A stretch of DNA of 64,000 nucleotides from Bacteriovoracia bacterium (GTDB taxonomy: Bacteria; Bdellovibrionota; UBA1018; CAIPTA01). A model generated the notes under the pieces. It had not been told where the DNA came from. It searched no databases and was given only the letters and a program-made list of their open reading frames with translations. A program made the position numbers and the translations under genes. The DNA is taken from assembly GCA_050246755.1 (NCBI GenBank), contig JBFWVL010000001.1:64001-128000 (forward strand). The letters run 5' to 3'. Of this stretch, positions 1 to 10,757 are shown piece by piece; position 1 is the stretch's first letter, and the number at the start of each line of letters is the position of its first letter.

Positions 1-493
1 GAAAAGACCGGACGGCTCCGAAGTGGACCAGATCAAGAATCTCGTGGAGGCCATCAAGAAGAATCCCGATTCCCGCCGCCTCGTGGTGAGCGCCTGGAAC
101 CCGGGCGAGATCGAAAAAATGGCGCTTCCCCCCTGCCACGCGTTTTTCCAATTCTACGTGGCCAACGGAAAACTTTCCTGCCAGCTCTACCAGCGCAGCG
201 CCGACGTTTTCCTCGGCGTGCCCTTCAATATCGTAAGTTACTCCCTGCTCACGATGATGATGGCGCAGGTAACGGGCCTGGGCGTGGGAGACTTCGTGCA
301 CACGCTCGGGGATGCGCATCTCTATTTGAATCACGTGGACCAAGCGCGCTTGCAGCTATCCCGCGAGCCCCGTGCTTTGCCAAAGATGAAGATCAATCCG
401 GACGTGAAGGATATTTTTTCGTTCAAGTTCGAAGATTTTCAGCTCGAGAACTATGATCCTCACCCGGCGATCAAGGCGCCGATCGCCGTTTAA
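1..493 (+). CDS. thyA: Thymidylate synthase (5' end lies outside the window)
   Basis: DSRR..SAWNP, LPPCH catalytic Cys, [20 protein letters not shown] and a C-terminal PIAV; the frame is open to the window edge. Confidence 0.98.
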   Translation, partial: KRPDGSEVDQIKNLVEAIKKNPDSRRLVVSAWNPGEIEKMALPPCHAFFQFYVANGKLSCQLYQRSADVFLGVPFNIVSYSLLTMMMAQVTGLGVGDFVHTLGDAHLYLNHVDQARLQLSREPRALPKMKINPDVKDIFSFKFEDFQLENYDPHPAIKAPIAV

Positions 494-996
494 TGAAACT
501 CTCGATCGTGGTGGCCATGGCCGAGAATCACGTGATCGGCGTGGACAATCGCCTGCCCTGGAATATTCCCGAAGACCTGAAGCGCTTCAAAAAAATCACC
601 TCGGGCCACCCCATCATCATGGGCAGGAAAACCTATGAATCCATCGGCCGCGTTCTGCCGGGCCGCACGAACTTGATCGTAACCAGGAATCGCGACTATC
701 GCGTGGAGGGTGCCGTGACCTGCGGCTCTTTCGCGGAAGCTTTGGAGTGGGCCGAGCGTTCGCCGGGGTCCGACGAGGTATTCGTGATCGGCGGCGGCGA
801 GATCTTCAAGGAAGTATTGCCGCGCGTGGATAGGATTTACCTCACGGTGGTGCACTGGCCCTTCGAGGGGGATGTGTATTTTCAGTTTGCCGAAGATCAG
901 TTTGCGGAAGTCAGTTCGGAGAAGATTTCCGAGAAGCCCGCTAGCACTTTACGGGTGCTCGAGCGGAAGAAACCTACCCTCGGCTGGGCTACTTAG
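493..996 (+). CDS. folA: Dihydrofolate reductase
   Basis: VIG..N.LPWNIPEDL, IMGRKTYESI, LPGR.N, VIGGGEIF and GD.YF motifs; coupled to thyA by a TAATG overlap. Confidence 0.97.
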   Translation: MKLSIVVAMAENHVIGVDNRLPWNIPEDLKRFKKITSGHPIIMGRKTYESIGRVLPGRTNLIVTRNRDYRVEGAVTCGSFAEALEWAERSPGSDEVFVIGGGEIFKEVLPRVDRIYLTVVHWPFEGDVYFQFAEDQFAEVSSEKISEKPASTLRVLERKKPTLGWAT

Positions 997-1068
997 CGCG
1001 CCCTAAGTGGATTTTTACACGGTTCCGTCGAAACTCACATCTCGGTCAATTTCCGCTATAATAGAAAA

Positions 1069-1743
1069 ATGAAAGCCTATCGCCTCCTCGTAGTAGCGCA
1101 TCCCGACGACGAAACGATTTTTTTCGGCGGCCTACTCATGAATCTACGTTCGCTTCCTTGGCTCGTGATCTGCGTGACGGACGGAAACGCCGACGGGCGC
1201 GGCGCCGAGCGCCACCAGGAATTCCTCAACGCCACGAAACTGCTCGGGGTGAAAAAAACCGAGCACTGGGATTTCGTAGACAAGTACCCGGATCGTTTGC
1301 CCATAGACCAGCTCGTGGCGCGGCTGCAGAAATTACCCAAACCCAAAGAAATCTATACGCATGGGCCGGTGGGCGAATACGGACACCCCCACCACCAGGA
1401 CGTTTGCCTCGCCGTGCACCGAGCTTTTTCGGGCAAGGCGAAAATCCATTCTCCGGCCTGGAACAGCAATATCGAAAAAGTGGTGAAGCTCTCACCGGCC
1501 CAGTTTAAGAAAAAGACCCAGGCCTACTCGAAAATCTACGGGCAAGAAACCACTCGCTTCGTGAATATTTTGCCGAATATGGCGATCGAAACTTTCCGGC
1601 AATTCACCACCACCGAAGTGGAAGCCATCGTAGGCTTTTTCCGCCGCGAGAAGGCGCTGGACATCAAGGCGCTCAAAGAAGAAGCCTGGTTAGCGGACCT
1701 GCTACCAGGCTTACGGGATAGATTAGAAACTAGATTATTTTAG
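1069..1743 (+). CDS. PIG-L/LmbE family deacetylase
   Basis: VAHPDDE metal motif, R..E...A...LG, THGPVGEYGHPHH. Confidence 0.88.
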   Translation: MKAYRLLVVAHPDDETIFFGGLLMNLRSLPWLVICVTDGNADGRGAERHQEFLNATKLLGVKKTEHWDFVDKYPDRLPIDQLVARLQKLPKPKEIYTHGPVGEYGHPHHQDVCLAVHRAFSGKAKIHSPAWNSNIEKVVKLSPAQFKKKTQAYSKIYGQETTRFVNILPNMAIETFRQFTTTEVEAIVGFFRREKALDIKALKEEAWLADLLPGLRDRLETRLF

Positions 1744-1756
1744 CCGGCGCAGCGCC

Positions 1757-3145
1757 CTACTTCTCGCCCACCATATTCTCGGGGCGCACCCATTGGTCGA
1801 ACTGCTCGCTCGTCAGATGCCCGAGCGCAAGCGCCGCCTCTTTCAACGTCGTCCCCTCTTTATGGGCCTTCTTGGCGATCTGGGCGGATTTATCGTAACC
1901 GATATGCGGATTCAGCGCCGTCACCAGCATCAAGCTTTTCTTTAAGTTCTCGTCGATGCGCGCGTGATTGGGCTCGATTCCTACCACGCAGTGTTCACGG
2001 AAAGAATCGCACCCCTGAGAGATCAGGCGGCAGCTCTGGAGAAAATTATGGATGAGCAAGGGCTTATACACGTTGAGCTCGAAATTGCCGGAGGCGCCGC
2101 CGATGGAGATCGCCACGTCGTTGCCCATCACTTGGGCGGCGAGCATCGTCACCGCTTCGCACTGGGTGGGATTTACCTTGCCCGGCATGATAGAGGAACC
2201 CGGTTCGTTTTCGGGAATCACGAGCTCGGATAGGCCGGCGCGGGGGCCGGAAGCGAGCCAGCGGATATCGTTGGCGATCTTGAAGAGCGAAGCCGCGATA
2301 CCCTTGAGGGCGCCGTGGGCCTGCACGATGGCGTCGTTGGCGGCGAGGGCTTCGAATTTATTGGGGGCCGTTACGAAAGGGAGCGAAGTGAGCTTCGCGA
2401 TTTCTTTGGCGGAGGCTTCGGCGTAGCCCTTCGGCGCATTGAGGCCGGTGCCCACCGCGGTGCCGCCAAGAGCAAGCTCATAGAGGTGGGGAAGCGCGAG
2501 CTCAAGGTGCTTCCTGCCATGCGCGAGCTGGGCCACGTAGCCGGAAAATTCCTGGCCGAGGGTCATGGGAGTGGCGTCCTGGAGGTGGGTACGTCCGATC
2601 TTGATGATGTCCTTGAACGCGCTCACCTTCGCGGCGAAGGCTTTTTCCAATTTCTCGAGGGCGGGAATCACGTCGTTCTTCACGGCCATCGCCGCGGCCA
2701 CGCTCATGGCGGTGGGGAAAACGTCGTTGGAGCTCTGGGATTTATTCACGTCATCATTAGGATGAACCAGACGCTTCTCGCCCCTTTCGCCGCCCAGGAT
2801 CTCAGAAGCGCGGTTGGCGATCACTTCGTTGGCGTTCATATTGGACTGGGTACCGGAACCGGTTTGCCAAACGGAGAGCGGGAATTCTTTATTGTGTTTG
2901 CCGTCGATCACTTCGTCGGCGGCTTTAAGGATTGCTTCACCTTTTTCTTTTTTCAGGCTGCCATTGGCCATGTTTACCGAGGCGGCGGCGCGCTTCACCA
3001 CCGCGATGGCCACGATCACTTCTTCGGGAATTTTTTCCGAGGAAATGGCGAAAAATTTCAGCGAGCGCGCGGTTTGGGCTCCCCACAAACTGGCGGAGGG
3101 AACTTCGATGGGCCCAAAAGTATCTTTCTCAATTCGTACGCTCAT
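1757..3145 (-). CDS. fumC: Fumarate hydratase class II
   Basis: [22 protein letters not shown] and the [15 protein letters not shown] signature. Confidence 0.98.
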   Translation of the reverse strand: MSVRIEKDTFGPIEVPSASLWGAQTARSLKFFAISSEKIPEEVIVAIAVVKRAAASVNMANGSLKKEKGEAILKAADEVIDGKHNKEFPLSVWQTGSGTQSNMNANEVIANRASEILGGERGEKRLVHPNDDVNKSQSSNDVFPTAMSVAAAMAVKNDVIPALEKLEKAFAAKVSAFKDIIKIGRTHLQDATPMTLGQEFSGYVAQLAHGRKHLELALPHLYELALGGTAVGTGLNAPKGYAEASAKEIAKLTSLPFVTAPNKFEALAANDAIVQAHGALKGIAASLFKIANDIRWLASGPRAGLSELVIPENEPGSSIMPGKVNPTQCEAVTMLAAQVMGNDVAISIGGASGNFELNVYKPLLIHNFLQSCRLISQGCDSFREHCVVGIEPNHARIDENLKKSLMLVTALNPHIGYDKSAQIAKKAHKEGTTLKEAALALGHLTSEQFDQWVRPENMVGEK

Positions 3146-3296
3146 AAGATCTCCTTAAAATAGGTGCCTAGAAACGCTACCAATTTTGACCGGGAAATCC
3201 AGAGCAAAATGCTCTTTTGCCTATCGCGTTAGAAGATCCCTACCTGGACAATTTGTTTCTCGTGCACATCTTTTCTTTGCCATAGACTGGAGAGGT

Positions 3297-3617
3297 ATGG
3301 GGCGAAAGACCAACGAACAAGATCAAAATCAGCAGGGTTCCACGGCCGAAAAACAAAAGGTGAAGCGGCCTCCGCTCTACGCGGTATTGCTCGTGAACGA
3401 TGATTATACGCCCATGGATTTCGTGATTCACGTGATTCAGAAATTCTTCGATAAAACGGAGGAAGAAGCGTCACGGTTAATGCTTCAGGTACACGAAAAA
3501 GGCCACGCCGTCTGTGGCATATTCACGCGGGAAATCGCCGAAACGAAAGCGGCCCGCGTGGTACAATATGCACAGGAGCAACAACATCCGCTCCAGACAA
3601 GGATTGCCCCAGCATGA
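3297..3617 (+). CDS. clpS: ATP-dependent Clp protease adaptor ClpS
   Basis: [16 protein letters not shown] and [14 protein letters not shown]; ATG at 3297 follows GGAGAGG; ATGA overlap with clpA. Confidence 0.96.
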   Translation: MGRKTNEQDQNQQGSTAEKQKVKRPPLYAVLLVNDDYTPMDFVIHVIQKFFDKTEEEASRLMLQVHEKGHAVCGIFTREIAETKAARVVQYAQEQQHPLQTRIAPA

Positions 3618-5941
3618 TTACTCCATCGCTAGAAGCCAGTCTGAATCAAGCGTTCCAAATCGCGCAGAAGCACAAACACGAGTTTGTGACCCTGGAGCAT
3701 TTGCTCTACTCCCTGCTCTCCGACCCCGATGCGCTGAATGCCATCAAGGGCTGCAGCGGCGACACGAAAGAAATTCAAAACGAGATTGAAGAGCTTTTCA
3801 ATCAGCTGCCCAAGATGAAGGACCCAGGACGCCCTGAGCCCACGCTCGCCTTCAATCGCACCCTGCAGCGCTCCATCCTGCACGCGCAAGGCTCCTCCCG
3901 CTCCCAGGTTACGGGCTGCGATATTCTGATTCACATGTATTCGGAGCCCGATTCCCAGGCGGTTTTCCTGCTCGAAAAACAGGGCATCGAAAAACTGGAC
4001 CTCCTCAATTACGTCTCGCACGGAATTGAAAAAGAAGACGACGGCGCGCCGATGGACGACGAAGAAGACGACGGCGAAGAGACCGGGCCTAACTCCGTGC
4101 AGAAGCGCAAAGGCGCCTTGGATGCATTCGCCGTGAACCTGGTGGAAAAAGCGAAGCTCGGCAAGATCGATCCCCTCATCGGGCGCGACAACGAGCTCGA
4201 GCGCACCATGCAGATCCTCTGCCGCCGCAAAAAGAATAATCCCATCTACGTGGGCGAAGCGGGCGTGGGGAAAACCGCGATCGCCGAAGGCCTCGCGTTG
4301 CGCATCGCGAACGGCGAAGTGCCGGAGCCGCTGAAAAACAGCGTCGTCTACTCGCTCGACCTCACCTCCCTGCTCGCAGGCACTAAGTACCGTGGGGATT
4401 TCGAGCAGCGCATGAAGGCCGTGCTCAAAGAATTGAAATCCGTTCCGCACGCGATTCTTTTCATCGACGAGATCCACACCATCATCGGGGCGGGCGCCAC
4501 CGAAGGCGCCATGGATGCCTCGAACATGCTCAAACCCATGCTCTCCTCGGGGGAAATGCGCTGCATCGGCGCCACCACCTACCAGGAATTCCGCCAGATT
4601 TTCGAGAAGAACCGGGCCCTCGCCCGCCGCTTCCAGAAGATCGACGTCACCGAGCCGAGCGTGAAGGATACGATCAAGATCCTGCAAGGCCTCAAGGAGA
4701 CCCTCGAGGTCCACCACGGCGTGAAGTATACCCAGAGCGCCATCGTGGCCTCCGCCGAGCTTTCCAAAAAATACCTCCACGAGAGATTCCTTCCGGACAA
4801 GGCGATCGACTTGCTCGACGAAGCCGGGGCCGCAAACAAATTATTGCCCAAGAGCAAACAGAAGAGCTCGATCACCGACCGCGATATCGAGAACCTGATC
4901 GCCAAACAGGTGCAGATCCCCTCGAAGACCGTTTCTTCGAACGATAAGTCGCGCCTCAAAAATCTTTCCCGCGATTTGAAAATGCTGATCTACGGCCAAG
5001 ACGAAGCCGTGGAACAAGTGTCTTCGGCGATCAAGCTCAACCAATCGGGCCTCACCACCGGCGAGAAACCCATCGGCTCCTTCCTCTTCTCCGGGCCCAC
5101 CGGCGTGGGGAAAACCGAGCTGGCTAAACAGCTCGCGCACGCGATGGGCGTAAAATTCCTGCGCTACGACATGAGCGAGTACATGGAGAAGCACGCGGTA
5201 TCGCGCCTGATCGGCGCGCCTCCGGGCTACGTGGGCTTCGACCAGGGCGGATTGCTCACTGAAGACATCAATAAGCACCCCTACTCGATCATTCTCTTCG
5301 ACGAAATCGAGAAGGCGCACCCCGACCTGATGAATATCTTGCTGCAGGTGCTCGACTACGGCTTCCTGACCGACAATAACGGCCGCCGTTCCGACTTCCG
5401 CAATACGATCATCATCCTCACCACCAACGCGGGCGCGCACGACGGCCTGGTCTCGGCTCCGCTCGGCTTCGGCCAAGTAGACTCGACGGCCGGCATCGGC
5501 GCGGGAAATAAAAAGGCGATTCAGAAAACCTTCAGCCCGGAATTCCTGAACCGCCTCGACGCCACCGTGCACTTCAAGGGACTCGACCGCCCGATCATCC
5601 TGCACGTGGTAGATAAATTCCTCGTGGAGCTCGAACGGCAGCTGGCCGAAAAAGGCATTTCCGTGTTCGTGGCCAACGAGGTTCGCACTTGGCTCGCCAA
5701 GAACGGCTACGACGCCAAATACGGCGCCCGCCCGATCGCGCGCCTCATCCAGGAAAAAATCAAGCGCCCCCTCGTGGACGAAGTTCTCTTCGGCAAGCTC
5801 GAGCGCGGCGGCCACGTGGACATCAAGCTCGACGCCAAGGACCAGCTCGAGTTCCAGTACGAAGAGAAGCGCCACGATAAACCGAAAGACGAAGAAGCCA
5901 AGGGCGAAAAAGCGGCGGCTAAGGAATCAAAGCGCTCTTAG
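3614..5941 (+). CDS. clpA: ATP-dependent Clp protease ATP-binding subunit ClpA
   Basis: Clp N-domain, two Walker A motifs ([16 protein letters not shown]), PPGYVGF and an LGF ClpP-docking loop; 775 aa; follows clpS. Confidence 0.96.
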   Translation: MITPSLEASLNQAFQIAQKHKHEFVTLEHLLYSLLSDPDALNAIKGCSGDTKEIQNEIEELFNQLPKMKDPGRPEPTLAFNRTLQRSILHAQGSSRSQVTGCDILIHMYSEPDSQAVFLLEKQGIEKLDLLNYVSHGIEKEDDGAPMDDEEDDGEETGPNSVQKRKGALDAFAVNLVEKAKLGKIDPLIGRDNELERTMQILCRRKKNNPIYVGEAGVGKTAIAEGLALRIANGEVPEPLKNSVVYSLDLTSLLAGTKYRGDFEQRMKAVLKELKSVPHAILFIDEIHTIIGAGATEGAMDASNMLKPMLSSGEMRCIGATTYQEFRQIFEKNRALARRFQKIDVTEPSVKDTIKILQGLKETLEVHHGVKYTQSAIVASAELSKKYLHERFLPDKAIDLLDEAGAANKLLPKSKQKSSITDRDIENLIAKQVQIPSKTVSSNDKSRLKNLSRDLKMLIYGQDEAVEQVSSAIKLNQSGLTTGEKPIGSFLFSGPTGVGKTELAKQLAHAMGVKFLRYDMSEYMEKHAVSRLIGAPPGYVGFDQGGLLTEDINKHPYSIILFDEIEKAHPDLMNILLQVLDYGFLTDNNGRRSDFRNTIIILTTNAGAHDGLVSAPLGFGQVDSTAGIGAGNKKAIQKTFSPEFLNRLDATVHFKGLDRPIILHVVDKFLVELERQLAEKGISVFVANEVRTWLAKNGYDAKYGARPIARLIQEKIKRPLVDEVLFGKLERGGHVDIKLDAKDQLEFQYEEKRHDKPKDEEAKGEKAAAKESKRS

Positions 5942-6652
5942 TTTTTGCAGGAACCTTAGGCTCCTTACGCCAAACCAAGAATAGGCTTCCCCATCGACGA
6001 TGGCGGAAGGAAAAGCGAGAGCCTGGAGCTCTCGCTTTTTTTTGGCGAAGGGATACGGCTCGGAAGCGAAGAGCAGTAGTGTTTTTTGGGGGTCGTAGTT
6101 TTCCAAATCAATTTTTGGGTATTTTTCTTCCTGGACTTGGAGTTTCGCCCCATAGCCGAGATGGGTGAGCATCGAGCCCACGAACGCATGGGGAGCTACA
6201 GCCATCCAAGGACCACGCCAAATCATATAGAGAATTTGCTCGGGCTCCTGCTCCGGGCGTTTGATCCATGCCGTTATGCCGGGGATTTTTGCGGCGGGCT
6301 GCGGGAAGTAAGGATGCGCCAGCTCCTCTGTCCACTCTTGTGCAAGGCGGGCGAGTTTTGGATTTTGGAGAATTTCCGCGAGCCTCTCGAGTTCGGCAGG
6401 CACGTCGTCGGCTTTCTCCACGTGCGTGACGTGGTTTTTCCGGTTAGCCATCTCCGGGAGGTTTTCTTCCTTATCGAGGATAAGGAGATCGGGGTTGAGT
6501 TCTTCGAGGAGAATTTTGTCGAGGTCTTTCGTTCCGCCGACTATTTTTATGTAGTTGGGCGGATGCACGCAAAACCGCGTGCGGCCCACCACGTCCACTC
6601 CGCATTCGATCAGGGTTTCCGTCCACGAAGGGACGAGAGAAACTACGCGCAT
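5927..6652 (-). CDS. Helical-backbone metal receptor family protein (BtuF/Fe-siderophore binding-like)
   Basis: RVVSLVPSWTETL, VGRTRFCVHP, VGGTK, KEEN, SEPYPF and VDGE..SWFGVRS. Confidence 0.8.
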   Translation of the reverse strand: MRVVSLVPSWTETLIECGVDVVGRTRFCVHPPNYIKIVGGTKDLDKILLEELNPDLLILDKEENLPEMANRKNHVTHVEKADDVPAELERLAEILQNPKLARLAQEWTEELAHPYFPQPAAKIPGITAWIKRPEQEPEQILYMIWRGPWMAVAPHAFVGSMLTHLGYGAKLQVQEEKYPKIDLENYDPQKTLLLFASEPYPFAKKKRELQALAFPSAIVDGEAYSWFGVRSLRFLQKLRAL

Positions 6653-6737
6653 GATTTATTGTAATTTTATTTATTGACAGGCACCAGGTTTTTGGGCGAA
6701 AAGGTGCGACCTCCGAAATTTCTTTAAGGAGGGTTAC

Positions 6738-7682
6738 GTGAAAAAATCAGACAAAGAACTATTGAGCAATCTCAAGGCAATCGTTGCGCGTGAACGGCTG
6801 ATAGTGATTGAACTACTGAGACACCTGCGAGAGGTGGAAGCCCGCTCGTTACATTTATCTTACGGCTATTCTTCGCTCTTCGCTTTTTGCGTAGGCGAGC
6901 TGAACTTCTCCGAGCAGGAAACTCACCTTCGAATACAAGGAATGCGGCTGGTTCGTGACGTTCCGGAAGCGGAGGAAAAGATCAATTCAGGTGAGCTCAG
7001 CCTAACCGTGGCGGCAAGAGTGCAAGGGGTTTCTCGTAAAGAAAACTTATCTCCCGACGAGAAATGGTCGGTGCTGGAGGCTGTCGCAGGCTTAAGCGTG
7101 CGTGAGGCCGAGAGAAAGATATTGGAATTTTTCCCCTCTCCGGAGAAACCGGAAAAGAAAAAGATGATTTCTGGCGGAAAAACCAGAATTGAATTCAATG
7201 CGGATACCGAACTGATGACTAAGCTGGAGCGCCTAAAAGAACTGCTTGCCCATAAAAACTATGATGGACGATTTGATTTACTCTTTGAGGAACTCGCGGA
7301 CATTGCCTTAGAAAAACTGGAGAAAAATGACGCTCCATTACTTAGTGCGCACAAAGTAAAACATTCCCGTTATATCCCCGCCGCCGTAAAACGCGCTCTT
7401 CCCTGGAAAGAAGGCTGCAACTATACCGGCGCGGGCAGACGCTGCGGATCCCGGTATGGCCTACAAGTAGATCATATCCACGACTACGCCGGCGGCGGAA
7501 CCAACGCCCCCGAAAACCTGCAACTCCTCTGCGGGGCGCATAATCGGTTTAAGTCTCGAAAAAATCCATCGCGAACGAATACAGCACCTCTTCCTTCGAG
7601 GGCTGTACTTTCTTCTGCAACTTCTCCACGAAATCCACGCAGAGCACCCGGAGATCCTGCGCATCAGCCTCCGAAAGACTAA
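6738..7682 (+). CDS. HNH endonuclease with DUF222-like N-terminal region
   Basis: GTG start after AAGGAGG; N-terminal ER....L.HL.EVE...GYSSLF.FC; C-terminal C..C-LQVDH..GG.N..ENLQLLCGAHN. Confidence 0.8.
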   Translation: MKKSDKELLSNLKAIVARERLIVIELLRHLREVEARSLHLSYGYSSLFAFCVGELNFSEQETHLRIQGMRLVRDVPEAEEKINSGELSLTVAARVQGVSRKENLSPDEKWSVLEAVAGLSVREAERKILEFFPSPEKPEKKKMISGGKTRIEFNADTELMTKLERLKELLAHKNYDGRFDLLFEELADIALEKLEKNDAPLLSAHKVKHSRYIPAAVKRALPWKEGCNYTGAGRRCGSRYGLQVDHIHDYAGGGTNAPENLQLLCGAHNRFKSRKNPSRTNTAPLPSRAVLSSATSPRNPRRAPGDPAHQPPKD

Positions 7683-8340
7683 CCACCACCGAGTAATGCA
7701 GGTCCGCCGCCGCATCCCGCTCCAGCGATTTCATCGCCTGTAGCCGTGCGTTCGTGTGGTGCTTCGCGATCAGTGAGGAATCGTTGCCGAGGTGCAGGTG
7801 CAGCGCCGTGGGATGGTATTCGTCCCCGCGCAGCTCGAGCAGCCCCGCGCCCACGAGAAAATCCAAGATCTCTCCTATCTTCCGCGCGGAAAGCCCGAGC
7901 CGCTTCGCCAATGCTCCCCGCGTGCGCAGAGAAGGAATCGTAACCGCCACGCGAACCGCGCCGTAGTACCAGGCACTGTAGTAACGGGATTTGTCCTCCG
8001 GAGACAATTCACGCTCGGAGCGAATACGATTCTTCAAAACCAAACGCGCCGCCCTCAGCGCCTCGAGCTGCTGCAAAAAATAACGCCGCAGATTTTCCGT
8101 GCCCGCACGCTCGTACTGGATGAGCAGCAGGAAGTAATGCAGCTCCTCTTCTCCGAGCTCCAAAAATCTCCCCAGCCTCTCGCCGTGTTCCAAATTGAAG
8201 TGGGCCTCGCCCTGCAGAACCTGGGAGATAAAGGCCCTCTGGCAGCCAATAGCCTCGGCCATTTGCGAGCGAAAGCCCCGCCCGGAGCGTTTTTCGAGAA
8301 ATTCCTTGTAGGATAGGAAGTCGAATATCTTTTGTTCCAT
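7549..8340 (-). CDS. TIGR02147/DUF4423-type HTH regulator-like protein (paralog 1)
   Basis: IFDFLSYKEFL, HTH (MAEAIGCQRAFISQVLQG), YYSAWYYGAVR, HHTNAR and C-terminal LYSFAMDFF. Confidence 0.85.
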   Translation of the reverse strand: MEQKIFDFLSYKEFLEKRSGRGFRSQMAEAIGCQRAFISQVLQGEAHFNLEHGERLGRFLELGEEELHYFLLLIQYERAGTENLRRYFLQQLEALRAARLVLKNRIRSERELSPEDKSRYYSAWYYGAVRVAVTIPSLRTRGALAKRLGLSARKIGEILDFLVGAGLLELRGDEYHPTALHLHLGNDSSLIAKHHTNARLQAMKSLERDAAADLHYSVVVSLSEADAQDLRVLCVDFVEKLQKKVQPSKEEVLYSFAMDFFET

Positions 8341-8474
8341 GATTCTAGTATCTTATATGTTTCATAAAATAGTAATTAATTGCTTCATATTTAAGAACTT
8401 CACCCTATAACCGATAAGTTGAGTACGGTATTCTTGTTTTACCGGAGCTTATTCCGGCTAAAACTGGAGAGAAT

Positions 8475-9835
8475 ATGAAAGCCCTGAACCTGAAAACCCT
8501 AGTACTCGTGAGCTTGCTCACTCTACCGAGCCTCAACGCCCTCGCCTGCCAAGGCGGAAGCTGCGGCGGCGGCGGTAGCGTGATCAAGGGCATGACCCTC
8601 GATACTTATCTGCAAAAGAATACGGCTGCCGAGCCGAGCTTGAAGCCAGCGTGGGCAAGGAACTAAGCGCGGTAGAGCAAAAACTCCCCGAATTTGCCCG
8701 CGAATTGAAGCGCGGCTTCAAAGAGCTCGATTGGTATATGGTGGACGTTCCCCTAAAAGAACTCCCCTTCGAACGCACGAAAACGCCCTTTGCGATCAAA
8801 CAGGCTTCGATTCAAATCGAAGACAATGTGTTTACCGACAAAGCGGCCTACGCGGAACTTTCGAAAGAAGAGCAACGCAAACACATCGTGCATGAACTGG
8901 TGCGCCGGATTTTCCTGGCCGCCGAGGGCACGAATACTTCCGTGACCGAAGGAAGCGTGGCGAAGGCAACGAATCTTCTGATGGAATCGGGAAATATTTC
9001 CAAAGCGGAACTCCAAGCGCGCCTCGAAAGCCTGGGATACCAAACCAAGAATATCGTCCACGCCGATAAACCGGAAGCGAAGAGAAAGTTAGCAAGCATG
9101 GCCGACCCTGTGGCCACCTCGGTTAAAATCGTAGCGCCGATCACTCTGCTCGATGCGCGCGAAGTGACTGTAGCTTGCACTAACGGCGGCCCCATGAACG
9201 GTCCCAGTGAGATTGTAGGTCCTTCCAACAAGTACTCGTTGATGCTGGACATGTTGCAAGGAATGAAACGCGAAGACTATCCCGATACTTATAAGTCGAG
9301 TTACGAAGGTTACGGCGAAGCGTACGAGTCTGCAGAAATTGAGCCAGAGCTGTCTCCTAAACGCTTAAGCTTGTCCTATGGAAAAACCTGGATTTGGGCC
9401 AGAAATGAAGTGGGCGTTTACAGCCTCATGGAGGGGACTTCCCGGGAAGCCGTGTTAGTCCTAGAAGGCGGGCTGCCCAAAGTGGTCACGCAAGGCGCAG
9501 AGAATGAACCCGCCTTCACTCCTTACGGGCTAACGAACCAGGAAAGGCATATTACGGAGGTCTCCATCGTTGCCAATAGCAACTGGCTGGTAGATGGACG
9601 TAACGTTTCTATGCGAAACGCAAAGAATGGAGTGACCACTCCGATCAAGATCGACGGCAAGAAATACATCAATTGCCTCAAAGAGGGTTTCGAAAAGAAA
9701 TCCCGCGAAGCCGCCAAGCTCTCCGACCAAGCGGCTAACCCCGCGATGGTAAGCGAACGAGTGAGCCAGAAAAAAGCCGCCGGCGGAAACGCCGAAGAGA
9801 AATCGGAAGTAAAAAACTCCCGAGACGCCGAGTAA
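8475..9835 (+). pseudogene. Secreted GGG/HE-motif protein split by a -1 frameshift (ORFs 8475-8666 and 8651-9835)
   Basis: ORF1 carries the RBS, signal peptide and GGSCGGGG. ORF2 continues with KELSAVE..IVHELV. One extra A near 8657 gives ..PAWAKELSAVE and a 453-aa protein. A sequencing error is possible. Confidence 0.7.
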
Positions 9836-9840
9836 ACCCC

Positions 9841-9869
9841 AGCCCCGCCTAACCGCGGGGCTTTTTTTT
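9841..9869 (+). terminator. Intrinsic terminator
   Basis: AGCCCCGC-ctaacc-GCGGGGCT followed by a T run, just after the stop at 9835. Confidence 0.8.
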
Positions 9870-10733
9870 CGTCAAACTCCGCAAATACGGAAAATACAAA
9901 ACCACGATCCCCGCCGCCACGAAGAAAAACCCAATGATCGCGCCGCGCGAAAGCGGCTCACCAAAGAAAATATATGCCGACAGCGCCGTGAACATCGGCT
10001 CGGCCAAGGTAGAAATACTCATGAGATTCACATTGAAGAACTGCAGGCAATAGGAAAACAGCGAATGCCCCAGCAACGTGGAGCCAAACGCCAGCCCCGT
10101 GAACCCGATCCAGGTATGCAGGGAATAGCCGAAAAAAGGCACACCGAGGACTACCATCGCCAGAGAAAAATAAACCGTCACGAAAGAGTACGTAGAAAAA
10201 GCAAATGGCAGATTATGAATCTTCTGCCGTAACCCCTTTCCCACCAAAATATAGGCCGAGAAAAGAATCGCGCAGATAAAGCCCCAAACATCCCCGATAA
10301 AATGCTCATGGCTCAGCGAAAGCGAATCCCGCATCATGAAATAAACGCCTACGAAGCACAGAAGTAAGGCGAGGCCATGCCGCTTCTCCATCTTCTCCCC
10401 GAAAAATACCCAGGCCCCGATCGCGGTGAAGAGAGGGTTCACGGCAAAAAGAATCATCGAGTTCGCTACGCTCGTCATCTGCACGGAGAGGAACCAGGTA
10501 TAGAAATGGGTAAAAAGAAAGAACCCGCAAATGGCCACTCCGCCCCACTGCCGGAGAGAAAATCTGCGGAAATCCCCCAAGCGCTTATGCCAGTAAAGAA
10601 ATCCTACTAAAACCGGCAGCGCAATAATCATGCGCCAAAACCCGATGGCGGGAGCCGGCGCCGCGGCTAAGCGAATAAAGATCGCGGACTGCGAAAGTAC
10701 AAAGAGAGAGGTGAGAAGAAGAGTAATCGGCAT
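9849..10733 (-). CDS. DMT/EamA family transporter
   Basis: About 10 hydrophobic helices in two repeats; SAIFIRLA, TSVANS, P.FTA...FFGE and GH..F..L..EP. Confidence 0.9.
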   Translation of the reverse strand: MPITLLLTSLFVLSQSAIFIRLAAAPAPAIGFWRMIIALPVLVGFLYWHKRLGDFRRFSLRQWGGVAICGFFLFTHFYTWFLSVQMTSVANSMILFAVNPLFTAIGAWVFFGEKMEKRHGLALLLCFVGVYFMMRDSLSLSHEHFIGDVWGFICAILFSAYILVGKGLRQKIHNLPFAFSTYSFVTVYFSLAMVVLGVPFFGYSLHTWIGFTGLAFGSTLLGHSLFSYCLQFFNVNLMSISTLAEPMFTALSAYIFFGEPLSRGAIIGFFFVAAGIVVLYFPYLRSLTKKKPRG

Positions 10734-10757
10734 AAATCACTTAGTGCGCACTAAGTG

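Noticed and set aside
2315-5875. Long antisense ORFs opposite fumC and clpA (2315-3163, 3629-4780, 4841-5875)
   Set aside because: They are shadow frames of GC-rich coding genes with no motifs or RBS
8880-8910. Calling the HE-motif partners zinc metalloproteases
   Set aside because: All three have HExx[R/S/Y] and lack the second His of HExxH; at most a degenerate zincin-like helix
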